Shown here piece after piece: positions 11,266 through 25,861 of a stretch of DNA of 64,000 bases. The position numbers were made by a program, and so were the translations under genes. Source of the stretch: the human T2T-CHM13v2.0 reference genome, Homo sapiens; NCBI RefSeq assembly GCF_009914755.1, contig NC_060946.1; one strand, written 5' to 3'. How positions within the stretch are numbered: the stretch's first letter is position 1; each line of letters begins with the position of its first letter. The notes below the pieces were generated by a model. The model saw nothing but the letters and a program-made list of their open reading frames with translations. It was not told where the DNA came from and did no database searches.

Positions 11266-11368
11266 CTGCACAGGGCTCCAGCAGCAGCTGATCCGGGGAG
11301 TCCCCTGCAGGCGCCCCCACGGGCTTGGGCCTCACCAGCCGCAGCTGGTCCAGGGCTCTCTTCTTCAG
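11266..11368 (-). CDS. CARD10: CARD10 coding exon 16
   Basis: CTCCCAG|CTG ... G|GTGAGT, 103 nt, encoding LKKRALDQLRLVRPKP...LEPCA. Confidence 0.92.
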
Positions 11369-11981
11369 CTGGGAGGGTGCAGGGACAGAGGAGCATCTGA
11401 GAGCTCAGCCCCGCCCCCTCAGGGAGAGGAGGAAACGGGACCCCTGGCACAGCGGGCCCCACTGCCACTGTGGTCCAGGCTTGCCAGAAGAGCCTGGGTC
11501 AGCAAAGATGTCCTTCTCCACCAGGCCCTCCCCTGCCCCTCCCCAGCCCAGCACAGTCCCCCAGGCAGATGAGAGCAGCCATCCCTGTGGCCCCCGGGAA
11601 GCCAGCCCGTCTGAGCCTGGTGGAGGAGCCTTAGGTATACCCCCCAAGCTACAGATGGGGAGACTGAGGCCCAGAGACCAAGAGGAACCAAATGTCACAT
11701 ACGAGGCAAACTTTAGGGTCTCTTCCAATGAATTAGCAATGTGACCTTGGTAGAAAAATTAATGAAACCAATAAAGATGGCACTGATTTTACCAATACCT
11801 GACAGGTCTCAAATGCCTACAACATGACAGACACTCACTAAGCCCCTGAGGGGCACTAACTCACGGAAGTCATCTCCTGCCACGCACAGCCTGACAGGCA
11901 GTACAACCCCCGCACTTTACAGATGAGGAAACAAGCCTCAAGGAAGGTTCAGGTGATTGTCCAAAGTCACACAGCTGATAG

Positions 11982-12445
<464 letters not shown>

Positions 12446-12696
12446 TGTCAAATGCTTATTATGTACCAGGGGTACTCCTGCATACTAGGCACGCTTTACC
12501 TCATTTCATCTCTAAACTACCCTGGACGGTGAGCTCTGCTGTTCTGTTTGCTGGGCACATAGTAGATGACCAATTAAATCACCAGGGAAGGAGGGAGGGA
12601 GTGTCTTCCTAGGTTGCCAGAGAACAGAGCCTGCTAGCTCCCTTTTGGACCCCACCCTTGGGGCCCCCCACCCACTACCTGCCCAGCCGTGCTCAC

Positions 12697-12766
12697 ATTA
12701 CTGCGGGGGCCTCGGTGCCGGCTGGAGGGCAGGCATTTCTCCTGAACTTCTAGGAGCTGCTGGGCT
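12697..12766 (-). CDS. CARD10: CARD10 coding exon 15
   Basis: CCCACAG|A ... AAT|GTGAGC, 70 nt, encoding AQQLLEVQEKCLPSSRHRGPRSN. Confidence 0.92.
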
Positions 12767-12939
12767 CTGTGGGAGGGAGTGACATCATGTGTGTAGAAAG
12801 AAGGAAAGCTCCTCATTTCTCCTCGAACCCCCCGCCCTGTCCCAGAGGATGGTGAGGGAATGCAGGTGGAGGGAGAGCACCCACATCTGAGCCCTGGCTC
12901 CCAGGGGGACCCCATCCCCAGCTCCTGGCTCTGCGTCAC

Positions 12940-13183
12940 CTCTGATAATTGGGCACGGTGCCCCGGTCCAGGTCCCGCAGAGTGAGGGGGTCAACCCGGG
13001 TGCAGAACCATTCCTGCCTCCGCTTGTATGCCGAGTCCACCAGTCGAAGGATCTCTTGGGCTTTCACGCAAAGGGCATGGGGATCTGCCCTCTCAGGCAA
13101 GGTGAGGTTGGCACGAATGTAGAAGGGCTCGGCACCTGGTCCCTTTGCCCAGGCTTCTAGGGCCTCGTGGAAGGACTGGCAGG
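12940..13183 (-). CDS. CARD10: CARD10 coding exon 14 (SH3 domain)
   Basis: GCCCAG|CC ... AG|GTGACG, 244 nt. FYIRANL...WFCTRVD...GTVPNYQR is a MAGUK SH3 signature. Confidence 0.95.
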
Positions 13184-13628
13184 CTGGGCATGGATGGGGC
13201 AGGGGGCAGCAAGGAGGACAAGAGGAGGATGGTGAGGTCCAGGATCGGCCTTGGTGGGGCCATAGACATGGCCCTCTCGAGGCCTGAGTTCCCAGGACCC
13301 GACCTTCACCTTCTTAGAATGACTTAGGTCCAGAGGGGGCAGGGACTTGCCCAAGGCCAGTGCCTTCTAGAAACAGAGCCAGGACTCAAACCCAGGTCTC
13401 TGGACTCCTAATGTAGTGCTCCTTTCACTGTAAGCTGCTTACAGAGGGAGGCATAGAGAAAGGGCACAAGGACAGACAGAAGGAGGCATCAGCAGGCGGG
13501 GAGCCAGGAGAAGGGCAATTGGGGCAAGGCTGGTCCCTTCTCGGGTCCTTGGTCCCTCCCCACCCCATGCACCACGGGTTAGAGGACCCCTCTGGGGCCA
13601 ACAGCTCCGACTCCCAAGCCAGACTTAC

Positions 13629-13740
13629 CCTTCGAGTCCATCAGGGAGGGGAGTGTGGACCCCTGATTCCAGAGCAAGGTTCTCTGCTGGGCCTCGGCTT
13701 CCAGGCACGCCCCCTCCAGACCAGCAGCTTCCACCCTTTG
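13629..13740 (-). CDS. CARD10: CARD10 coding exon 13
   Basis: TTTCTCCCAG|CAA ... G|GTAAGT, 112 nt. Confidence 0.92.
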
Positions 13741-14197
13741 CTGGGAGAAAACCCAGGCAGGGAGGGAAAGAAGTGAGCCTCTGAGAGTAGAGCAGCCCAG
13801 GGGCTGGAGGAAGACCAGGTGTGGGGGTGTTTCATGCCTCACAGTTCAGATAGCGCCCCCTCAGAAACTGCCATGCCCAGCCCAGTCAGACCCGTCCCCA
13901 TCCACAGGACGCCCCCATCCACAGGACTCCCCAACCCGCCCAGCTCATCCAGGTCTTTCTCGACTTGAAGCGCAGGAATGTAACGTGCTGTCAGTTGGCT
14001 CCACCTCCCAGTCCCTGCCCAATCAGACTTCAATTAAGCCTGGCTGAGCAGGCAACCACAGCTAATCACTGAGCCCGCTTCGGCTTTGACCAATCCCCAG
14101 AAGCTCTGCCCGGTGATCTTGATCCACCAATTAAGGGATGTCCAGCCTGGGCAAAAGCACTGACCCTACCCCCCCAGCTCAGGAGGCAGGGCCTCAC

Positions 14198-14357
14198 CTC
14201 TCTTGGTTCCATCCTGGCGGACCCAGGCCCAGACAGCACCCTGCGCACCACAGCCCCAGACCATCTGTCCCCATAAAACGACAGTCCATCTGGTCCCTTG
14301 TCCTGCGGCTCTGGGCCCCCTGGGGGGCTCCGGCCAGACACCCGAATAGCCAGAGAC
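14198..14357 (-). CDS. CARD10: CARD10 coding exon 12 (degenerate PDZ region)
   Basis: CTTCTCAG|G ... GAG|GTGAGG, 160 nt, encoding SLAIRVSGRSPPGGP...MEPRE. Confidence 0.92.
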
Positions 14358-14760
14358 CTGAGAAGGGAGAAAGGAGATGAGAATTGGAGTCCAATCAGTA
14401 CTTGGATTCAGTTCAGCATTCTTGGAAAACCACAGTGATTTCATTTCCCAAGTATGCCATGACTCCCACCCCCAGGCCTCTCCATCTTCTGTGCCCTCTT
14501 CCTTGCCTTCTCCACCTGGGAAATGCTGATCATCCTTCAAATCTCAAGTCACAAGCAGCCTCTCCCCTGGACCTGGGCACACGGTGCAGTGGAGCCTGCG
14601 TGCCACAGAGCACTCCAACTTTGCCTTGCCACGGCCCTTTCGTTTCCTCCATCAGAACGAACACCTTCAGGACCAAACTTCTATACTGTTCCGCTCTGTA
14701 GCCCTGGCACCAAACCCAGTGTCTGGCACATAGCAGATGACTAATAAAAGCTTGTTATAT

Positions 14761-15049
<289 letters not shown>

Positions 15050-18000
15050 GCTTGTTATGCTCACAGTCTGAGGAGGGAGGTCACCATTAGCACGTGGCAC
15101 AGATCCAAAGGTGGTTACAACCAGCCGTGGAAGCAGAGAGAGGCTTCCCACGGAAGAAGTACCTAGGCTACACGCTGGTGAAGAATAGATGCACTTTGGT
15201 GACAGATGGAGGAAACAGAGTTCCAGGCTGAAGGAATATATCAGAGCAAAGGTGTGGAGGACAGAACACAGGATGCGTGGAAGAATTTAATAATAACAAT
15301 AGCAGCGAACACTTCCTGGGTGCTTTCCATGTGCCAGACACCATGCTGAGCTCCTTGCCCTAATTCTTATTTTACATCCTGGGAAGCAGCTCCCAGGAAA
15401 GGCAAGCTGGAGCCACCCTTTGGAGGGCGTGGAACAGAGGCGTCTGGTTTTCCTCCCATGGGCAGGAGGACCACTGACAATTAAGACGTCACCAAAATCC
15501 CCATCATGGTAGGGTTCTGCCTGTCCCTGGATGAGAAAAGGTGAGGCCTTGTGGCCAGGCTCAGAGACAAATGGACCCCAAGTCCCCTGCCGGACACCTT
15601 GGCCTGGAGGAGGTGGGGAGACCAAGGTCAGCAGGTGTGCTGGCTGGAGAGGCAGCGGGGCGAAGCATCTCCATCCACCCCAGCAGCTGCAGCCCAGACA
15701 CAGCTGCACTGCCCCCTGCTGCCAGCCTGGGGAGGGCGCGGCTGCAAGGACCTCCCACCCAATCGGCACTGCTGGGGAACAGCCCCGCCCTCTCAGGTAA
15801 GACACAGAGCCAGGCCGAGGGGCTGGACAGATGCAGGCATGGGAGGCATCATTCAGTGCCGCATGTCCTGGCTGCATCGAGGTGGCATGGAAAGGGGGCA
15901 GGCCTGAGACCTGGCCTGGCTATGCTGGCCCTGGCTTTGTGGCTGGAGCACACGGTCCGCTCCAAACCCCAGGGCAAACTGCACCCTAGCCTGGGCAAAT
16001 GAGCCGGCTGCTGAGCGTCAGTTACCACATGCATAACACGAAGCTGACAATGACACCCCTTGCCCTCTGTGGGTGCTGGGGGGTGGGGGGGGGGGCACAT
16101 GAATAAAAGATAATGCAGGGAGAGGTGGAAACCAGAGGACTCTGGGGCCTCCAAACTGCAGGCCTGGCCCTTAGTGGCTGGTAACATTCACTGGGTTGCG
16201 ACTGGGACAGCTGGATAATGCTATGGAATAGAAAGTACAATGCTATCCCCCACCCCGCTCCCGCCACCCCAGGTAAATCCAATTATTATCTCATGACCTT
16301 TTTGTTCCAGGCATGTGTACCGGGTTTCTCTCACTGTGGGTTGTGGTCAGATGGTCCGAGAAGCACAGCACGCAGGGTGCCAGCAGGAACTCTGGGGTCA
16401 AACGGCCCAGCTGCTCAGCCGCTTGAGCCTCAGCTCCACCCACCTCCCTGGCTACTCGCTGAGTTTAGACATGGGCAGCTCTCAGAACAGGGCCCAGGAG
16501 ACACTAAGTGCTCTGTCAAAACTAGACATTTACTGGCATCAGGTGTGATTCACAACAAATCACCTCTCGCTTGCCTCAGTTTCCCCACCTGTTTCAAACC
16601 CACAGACAACTGACCATCATGGCCTCTCCAGACCAGAGCCCAGTAAGCAGCTGGCATCCAGGCTCTTCCACCAACCCTACCCACCCCACCCACCTCTACT
16701 CGCTCCCTCCCCCACACCTCTCCCCTCTGCAATGCAAGCATCAAGGCTGACCTCAGCTTTCAACTCAGGTTTTTCAGGCTCTTCTTGACAACTCCTGCAG
16801 CTCCCTGAAGACCCAGCTCAGGCGCCCCCTCCTCCAGGACGCCCTTGCCAACCTCCTCAAAGGACCAGTGACTTCTCTGAGCCTCCACAGACCAGGAATA
16901 CCTGCTCCCAGCACTCCTCGGAGTCTGCAGAGCCCACAGGGGCTTGCCCAGAGCAGGGTCCAGATAGGGTTCCTCCCAGCCCCCCGCCTCAGCAGACAAG
17001 CAGGAGGGGTAGAGAAAGGACACAGCAGGGAGAGGGGCTGCCTGCTCCCCGCTCCTGGGACTGGCTGACCAGCTGGCTGCCTGTGGGGTACTAGGAAGCA
17101 CAGTGTCCTTAGCTACCAGCTCCCGGCCCCCTCCCCAGTCAGGTCAGGTCACAGGCAGACAGGAACGGGGCAAGTCTGCCAGCTCTGCCAGCTCTGAGCA
17201 GTGACAGGCCACATGGCCTCAATGAATGTCCCCCAGGGCCCCGTGGGAAGATATCTGAGTAGTCTGCGTGCCTGCTTGGTACCAGGTCAGGGACCTGATG
17301 CTGAGACTGAAGCATGCCACACAGATCACCTCAGTCAATCCTCCTGACAACCCGATGGTTGAGATAAGGGAAACTGAGGCACAGGAAAGTTAACTTGCCA
17401 AGAATGGGCACAGCTAGTGGGCCGTGGAGCCAGGCAATGACTTATGGGAACCCTCTCTTTGCAAGGACAGAAGGTGCCAGAGATCCCCTGGGGCCACGTG
17501 AGCGAGCTGGGCAGTGGTGAGGCTATGCTGGGGAGACGGCACCCCGAAACCCTCCAGTGCTCTCCATGCTCTGCCTCTCTCACCCAGCACCTCACTTGCC
17601 CCATGAGTTCTCCCTTGCTGTCCCCCACCTGACTATCTGTCAGCCCAACCCCCGGTCTGCCCCAGCCCCCCACTATCCACCATCCCCTCCCGGCACCCAG
17701 GCTCCAGGAGCTGAGAAGGGCAGGGCAGAGAGGCTGAGGGCAAGAGATGGGCAGGAAATGGGAAAGAGGAGAGAAAATGCCCAACATGGTGCCCAGTACA
17801 AAGTGGGCACACAATACGGATGTGAGATCTCCAACAGCTGAGACAGTGGGGAGGCACATCGGAATCTCCAACCAGCTCCGAGGGGCCTGTGACTTGGGAC
17901 CAATTTCTAACTGTCTCTGCACTTCAGTGTCCTGGTCTGTGTAACGAGGTTAAAATTCCAGCCTTGCAGAGCTGCTCTGGGGATTAAACAACAATGGCGA

Positions 18001-19780
18001 CAATAATCATAACTAACCGCGAGCATATGCTGACATCCACCGTGAGTGTGCTAAGCATTCTAGAAGGGATACTCAAACCCCCATAGTGACCCTAAGGGAC
18101 AGGCACTATGTGAGCCCATTTTACAGAGCAGGAAACTGAGGCACTGGGAAATTCAGAGACATGCCCAAGGTCCCACAGTAGCAAGTGCTGACACCAAAGC
18201 CAGCTCTTCCCACCTCGCCATAACACAATCCCAGGAGACACACAAGTTGCCCCGACCTGGGACCTGTCCGGGCCCTCATCTCCCTCTCCCTCTCCTCTCC
18301 GCCTGTCTGCCTCTCTCTCTCTCTTTCTCTCTCTCTCTCTGTCCACCACCTCTGCACCTTCCCCAGCCTGTGTTCTTCTCCAGGAACCTCTCTCCTCCCC
18401 AGGAACAGCATGGGCAGCAGAAGTGGCCCCATGTGATCGTGGGGCCTGGGCGGGGCTGGGACGGAGGCTCCTGCTCCCTGGCTGCATCCTGGCGCCCCCT
18501 GGACAACAGCCAGGACCCCTGCTGCAGCCCAAACTGGAGGAAGGGAGGAAGGGCCGAGGCGAGCAGGAAGGGAGGCGCCTCCACCCCTTCCCCGAGAAGC
18601 ACGTCCTGCACAGGCAAAAAACAATGTCTCGCTGAGCCCACTGCCGGGGGCCAGGTGGGGGCAGGGCCTGGACACTGGCTGACCAAGCCGCTCCGGAGGC
18701 CAGAGGCCCTGGTCCTATGCTGTACCCATCTGCTGCGTGACCCATCCCTCTGCACCCAACACCTCCACATTCCAGCGCTGACAGTCCATGTTTCCTATGC
18801 CCTTTCCAAAACCCAAATCTGATCAGGTCACTATGAACCCAGACCTGGTACTTCCCAACTGTGGGACCCTGGGCAAGTTGCTTAACCTCTCTGAGCCCCA
18901 GTTACCTCCTCTATGGAGCAGAGATAATCGTCATTATGCCTACTCCCTGGACAAAGAGCATGTTGTAAAACAGCCAGCAGCTGGCCTTGCAGTTAATAAC
19001 TAAACCCTCCCACATTTCCCAGAGTGTACAAGCCAAAGTCCACACTTTCCCAGCCTGACTCAGGAAGCCTTGACTTTCGCCCTTCCCCCTCGCTCCTCCT
19101 CCACAGTCACCGGATGCTCTCCCTACCTGCCCTCTCCTCACAGCTGAGTTCCAAGACCACAATGGCCGTGCAGCCCCCGCTCTGCCCCACCCCTCCCTTA
19201 GATACACTGGCAGGTGTGAACAGCGGCCACGCACCGGCCACACTAACAGCACGTCGCCTACAGTGCACTCTGCACTAATGGGCTTTGTGACTCCTGTTAT
19301 GGACCTGTGGCTGGCCCGGTCACAGGGGCTCCTGAGGTGACCCAAGCCCACCCACAGCATGAAACTTTGCTGGGTGGCTCAGTCCCAGGGACTCAGAGCC
19401 AAGGGACTGACAGGCAGGACATTGGGACGAGGACAGCTTGTAAGTGACAACTATTACTAAGCACCTGCTACATGCCTGGCAGAGCTGGGTGCTTTGCTTC
19501 TGCGAGCAGAGCCCTCAAAAGACCTCCATGCAAAAAGGGTCATCATCTCCCTTTAGCTACTGAGGAAATGGAGGCCCAGAGAGGTGAAGGGACCAGCCCA
19601 AGTCACAGGGACGATCAAGAGCGGCAGCAGGATTGGAATCCAAGGGCTGCCAGTGTCTACAGATCTTAATCTTCCAATAGTTGCATAAAACAGGGGCGAG
19701 GCAATTGCTCCTCCCACCTCACTCCTGTTCCCCTCTCAAGCAATCACCCCAGCTCCACCCACTGCAGGCAGCTACAGTAC

Positions 19781-19904
19781 CTGTTGAGGAAGTCCAGGCC
19801 ACAGCCCCGAGCCAGGAGGCCTTCCGGCTTTCCCAAAGGCCACACGCTGTCAGAGGATGAGGACGAAGAGAGGCCAGGGGACCAGGGCTTAAGTGTCACA
19901 CTCC
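19781..19904 (-). CDS. CARD10: CARD10 coding exon 11 (Ser-rich linker, contains LLAR|G)
   Basis: TTTTTCCCCAG|GG ... AG|GTACTG, 124 nt. Confidence 0.93.
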
Positions 19905-20363
19905 CTGGGGAAAAAGAATGAGGTTCAGGGATCTGGCACTGGGAAACAGGGATGGCCAGGGTCCATGACAGGGACTGACCCCCCTCCAGCCCAGAGAGGC
20001 CTTGGCAGGTTTGAGGCCCCAGGAGCACATCAGACCCACTGGGCTCAGAGATAGGTCAGGGCCCACCGGGCTGACCCCGCAGTTTCCCAGAAGAGGGTGA
20101 AAGGTGGCCCAGAACTGAAGAGCCTCGTACATCACAGCCGGGAACAGGAGTGAGGCCCAGGACTGGGCTCGGGGTGAGAGGCTGGAACCAAAGTCCCCAG
20201 GGTCCTCCCAAGCACAACCTTCCTGCCTGGCAGGGGCCACGGCGGGGCTTCAGGGAAGGGGATGCAGGCCAAGGGTAGCGCAGGTGGTGCAGGCTTCAGG
20301 TGGGCTGCAAAGCCACCTCCCCCGACCAGAGGAGCCCTCCCCACGGAACTCAAGGGCTGTTAC

Positions 20364-20392
20364 CTGTGATGTCTGACATGCTGCTGAAGGAT
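20364..20392 (-). CDS. CARD10: CARD10 coding exon 10 (29-nt small exon, RSFSSMSDIT)
   Basis: CCCAG|A ... G|GTAACA. Needed to reconcile the phase 2 end of exon 9 with the phase 1 start of exon 11. Confidence 0.9.
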
Positions 20393-21364
20393 CTGGGCAG
20401 AGAGAGGGCAGGGAGGGGGCAGGAGGTGAGGCACAGTGGGCACTCTGCCCCGCTCCCTCCTCCTGCCCCCACACCAGATAAATGTCTCACAGCCCCCAAG
20501 CAAATGCAGGCTAGACTCAAGGCAGGGTCCCAGGTACAGGGCACCCATGCCACCTGGCTCCCCTAAACTCCCAGGGTAAGAAGTTAATGTCCTGGCCTCT
20601 GTCCAGTGTTGTTCCACCTACAATGCCCTGGCATGCCCTTCAAAGCCAGCTCTTTCAATGCCACCTCCTCCTGGAAGCCACCCCTGATCTCTCACCCCTC
20701 ACCTCACCCTCACTTGCCACCTTTGTGGTTTGTGACTCCCAGGTACGCCTCCTAAATTAAACCATGACCTCCTCATCAGACACCTCCTTGGGACAGATTT
20801 ACGCAGATCAAGGCCATACTGACCACAGCCTCCCAGGGCCCAGCCTCTCACCAGTAAAGGAATAAATCAAGGGCTGCTTACAGGGGAAAAGCAGTGACAA
20901 GGATCGCGCCCCAGGAGGCAGGCTATCTCCCGCCCTTGGTCTTGCCACCAGAGGGTGCGCCTTGGTTTTTCTGGTCCCTATTTGCTGCTGATGCCCAAAC
21001 CTGGGGCCTGGCTTTCTTGCCGGAGGTCCCTGATACCTTGAAACATTCTCCACGCCCCCTAGTCCTGAACCATCAAGCTTCTCCTTGGGTATAGGACCTT
21101 CAAGGCTTGACCCCCAGTGACCCTCCTGCCAGGATGCTTGGCTAGGACTGAGTTCGCTCTGCCCATCAGCCTTATCTCAAGCCTGACCTTGGTCGCCCCT
21201 GTGACTCACAGGACCTGGGTTTCCAGAGCTCCAGCCATCTGAGGGCAATAAAGGGAAGTGACTGCCTGGACCTGACTTTGGCATTGCAGATTCTGGGAGG
21301 TGGCTGTTCGGGAAACGGCAGCCCCACCTCCCTGGGTGTCTACTGCTATCCCCAGCCATCTCAC

Positions 21365-21480
21365 CTCTTAGGGGGTGCGGGGTCTTCCTCACGCTGCCGG
21401 CGGAGGATGGAGCCGGCACTGGGGGGGAAGGGCAGGATGGAGAGCCGGTTGATCTCCTTTTCACTGTCTGTGGCTTCCTC
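21365..21480 (-). CDS. CARD10: CARD10 coding exon 9 (linker)
   Basis: TTGCAG|GAG ... AG|GTGAGA, 116 nt, encoding EEATDSEKEINRLSILPFPPSAGSILRR. Confidence 0.93.
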
Positions 21481-21813
21481 CTGCAATGCCATGACAGGGC
21501 CTGGGTCACCCCCACTGCCCAGCACCATCCCAGTCCTCAGCACACCTGGTTTGTGCCCATTCCACAAATGAGAAGTAGGGCCCAGAGCAGAAGAGCGGGC
21601 TCTGCAAGATTATAGTGTGCGGGTGGCTCCCCACGCCTCCTGGCACCTATGCCTGGCAAGGAAATGGTTCTGGGTGAGCTTCAGTAAAGTACTTGGCCTC
21701 CCTGCGCCTCAGTGTCCTCACCTGTGAAATGGATCCTTCAGAAAGCACTCTCCACATTAGTAATAATGCTATAGCAGTATCCCCCCTTATTTGGGATGGG
21801 GCAGTTGTCTTAC

Positions 21814-21948
21814 CGAGTTGTGAGGCTCAGGTCCCCCCATGACAGCTGCCTCCCCAGTTGCTTCTGGGCCTCCCAGAGGGGAGGGGAACTCGCTCAGGCT
21901 CCAAGTGCTGCTGAGGTTGGAGCACAGGGAATGAGAGGAGGCACAGGC
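21814..21948 (-). CDS. CARD10: CARD10 coding exon 8
   Basis: TTCCAG|GCC ... TCG|GTAAGA, 135 nt, encoding ACASSHSLCSNLSSTWS...PHNS. Confidence 0.92.
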
Positions 21949-22572
21949 CTGGAAGAGGGAGAGGAGAGGAAGGAGGTGAGCAGTGCTAGGCCCACGTCAA
22001 CCACAGTCCTTTACTGAGCACCTGCCATGTGCCAGCACAGGGACAGATCCCTGTCCTCAGGGAGCTCACAGCCTAGAATGGGAGATAAACTGTAAACCAG
22101 CAGACATGTGAACAAAATAGCCCCAAGCTGAGACAATAGCAGAAGGAAGGTGCCCAGGGCATGGAAAACACACAAAGACCCCACCCAGCCTGGGAGTCCA
22201 AGTACTCTCCAAAGAAACTGTGGTTTGAACTGAGAACTCAAGGGTATAGAGGCGCTAAGTAGGTCAAGCTGGGATGGTCCAGGCAGATCAACAGCATGTG
22301 CAAAGGCCCTGAGGCAGGACTGTGATGCATTCCAGTTGAAAGACTGGAACCCACAGAACCAGGCGAGAGGACAAGAGGAACCCCACCCGCAGGGCCTCTT
22401 GGCCATGAAAAGGGACTCTGTCTTTACCAAACAGCAAAAAAGCCACTGGGGGTTAAAAAAAAAAAAAAGTCTTGGATTAATGCTGACTTTTCCTATATTC
22501 CTCCAGGCCCCAGTGCTTCAAACACCAGGCCTGCGGAGCTCACTGTCAGGCAACTCAAAATAAGAAAACGCA

Positions 22573-22832
22573 GGCTGGGCGTTCGCACCTCTAATCCCAG
22601 CACTTTGGGAGGCTGAGGCAGGAGGATCCCTTGAGGTCAGGAGTTTGAAACCAGCCTGGCCAACATGGTGAAACCCCCATCCCTACTGAAAATACAAAAA
22701 AAAACTTAGCTGGGTATGGTGGCAGGCACCTGTAGTCCCAGCTACTAGGGAGGCTAAGGCACGAGAATAACTTGAACCTGGGATCCAGCCTGGGTGATAC
22801 AGCAAGATTCTGTCTCAAAAAAAAAAAAAAAA
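22573..22832 (+). mobile_element. Alu (internal deletion in right arm)
   Basis: Alu consensus. Confidence 0.88.
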
Positions 22833-23370
22833 GGAAAAAGCAGAGCTCCCGGCAGCAGCCTGAGGACCACGATCCAATTTACAGTGGGTCTGGGACTCCA
22901 GCTCCAGTGCTAGCTGGCTGTGTGGCCTTGGGCAAGCCCCTCACCCTCTCTGGGCCCTGTGCGATGAGAGGATTAGACCAGCTGGTCTCTGAGGGATGCT
23001 TAGGCCCATGTTAGTCCTGACTAGCTGGTCTCTGAGGCCCAGGTTTTGCATTCTAACATGCACACAGGCACTCAGGCAGCCAGCCTTCCCCAGTTAAATG
23101 CAAAGACCAGCTCCAAACTATTCTTAGTGTCCCAGAAGCAACCCCAGAAACTCAGAGACCAACATGCCCCTCCGCCTGCTCACCAGCCCACACCCAGCCC
23201 AGCCTGGGTTCAAGTTCCCGCCCCTAACTGAGGACTCTTCCCACTTCCCCCAAGCTTCCTCCCCTGGCTGAGGTCTCCCACCAGGGCCGGCACGTTCCCA
23301 GCCCTGGCCAAGAGCTCCTGCCAGGACCCCAGCCTTCCTGCCAGGACCTCCACAATCTTGACCCGCTCAC

Positions 23371-23562
23371 CTTGAGGCAGGTGCCACCCTGGGCCCGCTG
23401 CAGCTGAACCTCCAGCAGAGCCTTGGTGCCCTCCAGGCTGGTGAGCGTTGTCAGCAGCTCATCCCGCTCCGCCTCCAGGCCCCGCACCTGCTTGCGGTAC
23501 TGGTCCTTCTCGATGAGGCTCTGTGAGTACTGCAACTGGATCCGGTCACGGCTCTGGATGGC
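23371..23562 (-). CDS. CARD10: CARD10 coding exon 7 (coiled coil)
   Basis: CCCTAG|GCC ... AAG|GTGAGC, 192 nt, encoding AIQSRDRIQLQYSQSLIEKDQYRKQVR. Confidence 0.95.
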
Positions 23563-24029
23563 CTAGGGTTGGGGGAGGGGAGGCAGCAGCTGAAGGAGCC
23601 ACCTTGGCCCAGCTTTCCTGGCCTATGACTTGGAGAATGGGGACAGTAAGGAGAATGGCAGCTATCACTTATTGAGCACTGTGTGCCGGGCCCTGAGCTA
23701 AATTATCAGCTCATTTAAATATCTTCACACTAACTGGCTAAGTTAGATACTATTAATATCATTATTCTCATTCTGCAGACTGGGGAAACCAAGCCAGGAG
23801 CGACAGAGCTGGGATTCAAATCGGGCAGTCCATCTGCAGAATCCAGGCTCTCACCATTTCACCAAGAACTGAAAACTTTTCCACGAGACCTGCTGTGTGC
23901 CAGGGGCTTCACTCCCAGCATCCCAGTCAGTGGAGAAGCCAGGAGTCAAACCCAGCCCACTGCATCCACAGTGAAGACCAGGGGCTCCAGAGCTGGGCCC
24001 ATGGTCCAGACCTGTCACCCATGCCTCAG

Positions 24030-24470
<441 letters not shown>

Positions 24471-25007
24471 TATACAGACTTCAACTCCTCTAGTGGGATT
24501 CACACCTGGTTAAGGACAAAAACCTCCTGCCCTTCCCCGCTGCAGATGGAACCTCACACAAGGAGGCTCGGGGGCCTGGTGGCACTGGCCGGAGGTCCTC
24601 AGCCCACCCCACAACCTTGGCAGGAGACAAGGGTCATAGTGCCCAGGGACTGAAAGCCAAAACTTTTGAGAATTTCTTCATCGGCTTCTATTTGTAAGCA
24701 CTCCCTCTGTGCTGGCCTTGTCTTTGAGATGGACAGAACAAGGGATTCAGAAATGAAGACACCAGGACCAGCTTCTGTAACTGCCACAGGAGCTCAGATG
24801 AGGCCAGTGGGTCCAGGGTGTAAGGCTGGTATCTCAAGGGCTCCAGGTCTCCTGTCTGGTTCCCCCAGCCTTTGTGCCCCGTCCTAACCCAACAGGGAGC
24901 GGCTAACGTCTCTTTCTACCATTCTAGTCCCCTCCATTGCTCCTTGTCTCCTCCCATATGGGAAGCAGCAACTGGCCCAGGGCCTCGTACACGCAGGCTG
25001 GGCTCAC

Positions 25008-25133
25008 CTGGTCTCGCTCCTTCTCAATCTCCTCCAGTTGGGCCAGGACAGTGGCCATGCGGTGCTTGTACAGGTCACAGTCCTTCTGCAGCGTGCGGTG
25101 CTTGAGCCGCAGGTCTTCCATCTCCTGCAGGTA
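25008..25133 (-). CDS. CARD10: CARD10 coding exon 6 (coiled coil)
   Basis: CCCTCAG|TAC ... CAG|GTGAGC, 126 nt. Confidence 0.95.
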
Positions 25134-25705
25134 CTGAGGGTGGCACGGGGCGGGGTCAGACCACAGGGCTGGGGACCATGAGAAAGCTAACCAGCAGGTG
25201 CCCAGGAGGGCCAGTGAGAGACGCTCACCAACAGTCTGAGACCCAATAACAAGTCCCCTCCTGCCCAGTGGAGTGGTCTGAGCCACTGACTTTACCTCAC
25301 AGGCCCTCAACTGCCTAATCTGTAAAACGAGAAGAATGATCATCATTTCACCCATCCGGCCACCCTTGGCCTCCCCACTCAAACTGCAACCGGCCCCTTC
25401 CCCAGCTCTGCATCTCCCACGGCGCTCATCGCCTTTGACTACATGAAATAGCTGACGTGGGACTGTGTATCTCACATACTGCCAGTCTCCCCTGCTGGAG
25501 TTCCCCCTCAAGGAAAAGGCACCTTTGTTTTGCTCACTGCGGCATCTCAAGCGCCTAGAAGGGTGCCTCCGTCAACATCTGAGAACAAATGAATGCAGTT
25601 CTCAGCGCGGCGCCTGCGTCAAGCAGATGCTCAGGGAAGGCGTGAGCACACAGGCCCTGCCTGACACCCTCCCGCACAAGGGGCAGGGCACGGGCAGGGC
25701 CCCAC

Positions 25706-25861
25706 CTGGTCGCGCAGCTCCTCGGCCCACTGCAGCTCCCCCTGCACGGCATGCAGCTTCTGGCACAGCTCCTGCCTGCTGTCCTGCGCCTCCCGCCAGT
25801 CATGCTCTAGGATGTCCAGCAGGATGCGCTCGGAGCCCGGGGCCCCCGGCCGGCTCGCCTC
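25706..25861 (-). CDS. CARD10: CARD10 coding exon 5 (coiled coil)
   Basis: CCCCAG|GAG ... CAG|GTGGGG, 156 nt, encoding ILLDILEHDWREA. Confidence 0.95.

Noticed and set aside
22977-23038. Short duplication AC(C/T)AGCTGGTCTCTGAGG twice, and similar 16-bp duplications near 13895-13930
   Set aside because: Too short and commonplace to imply function.
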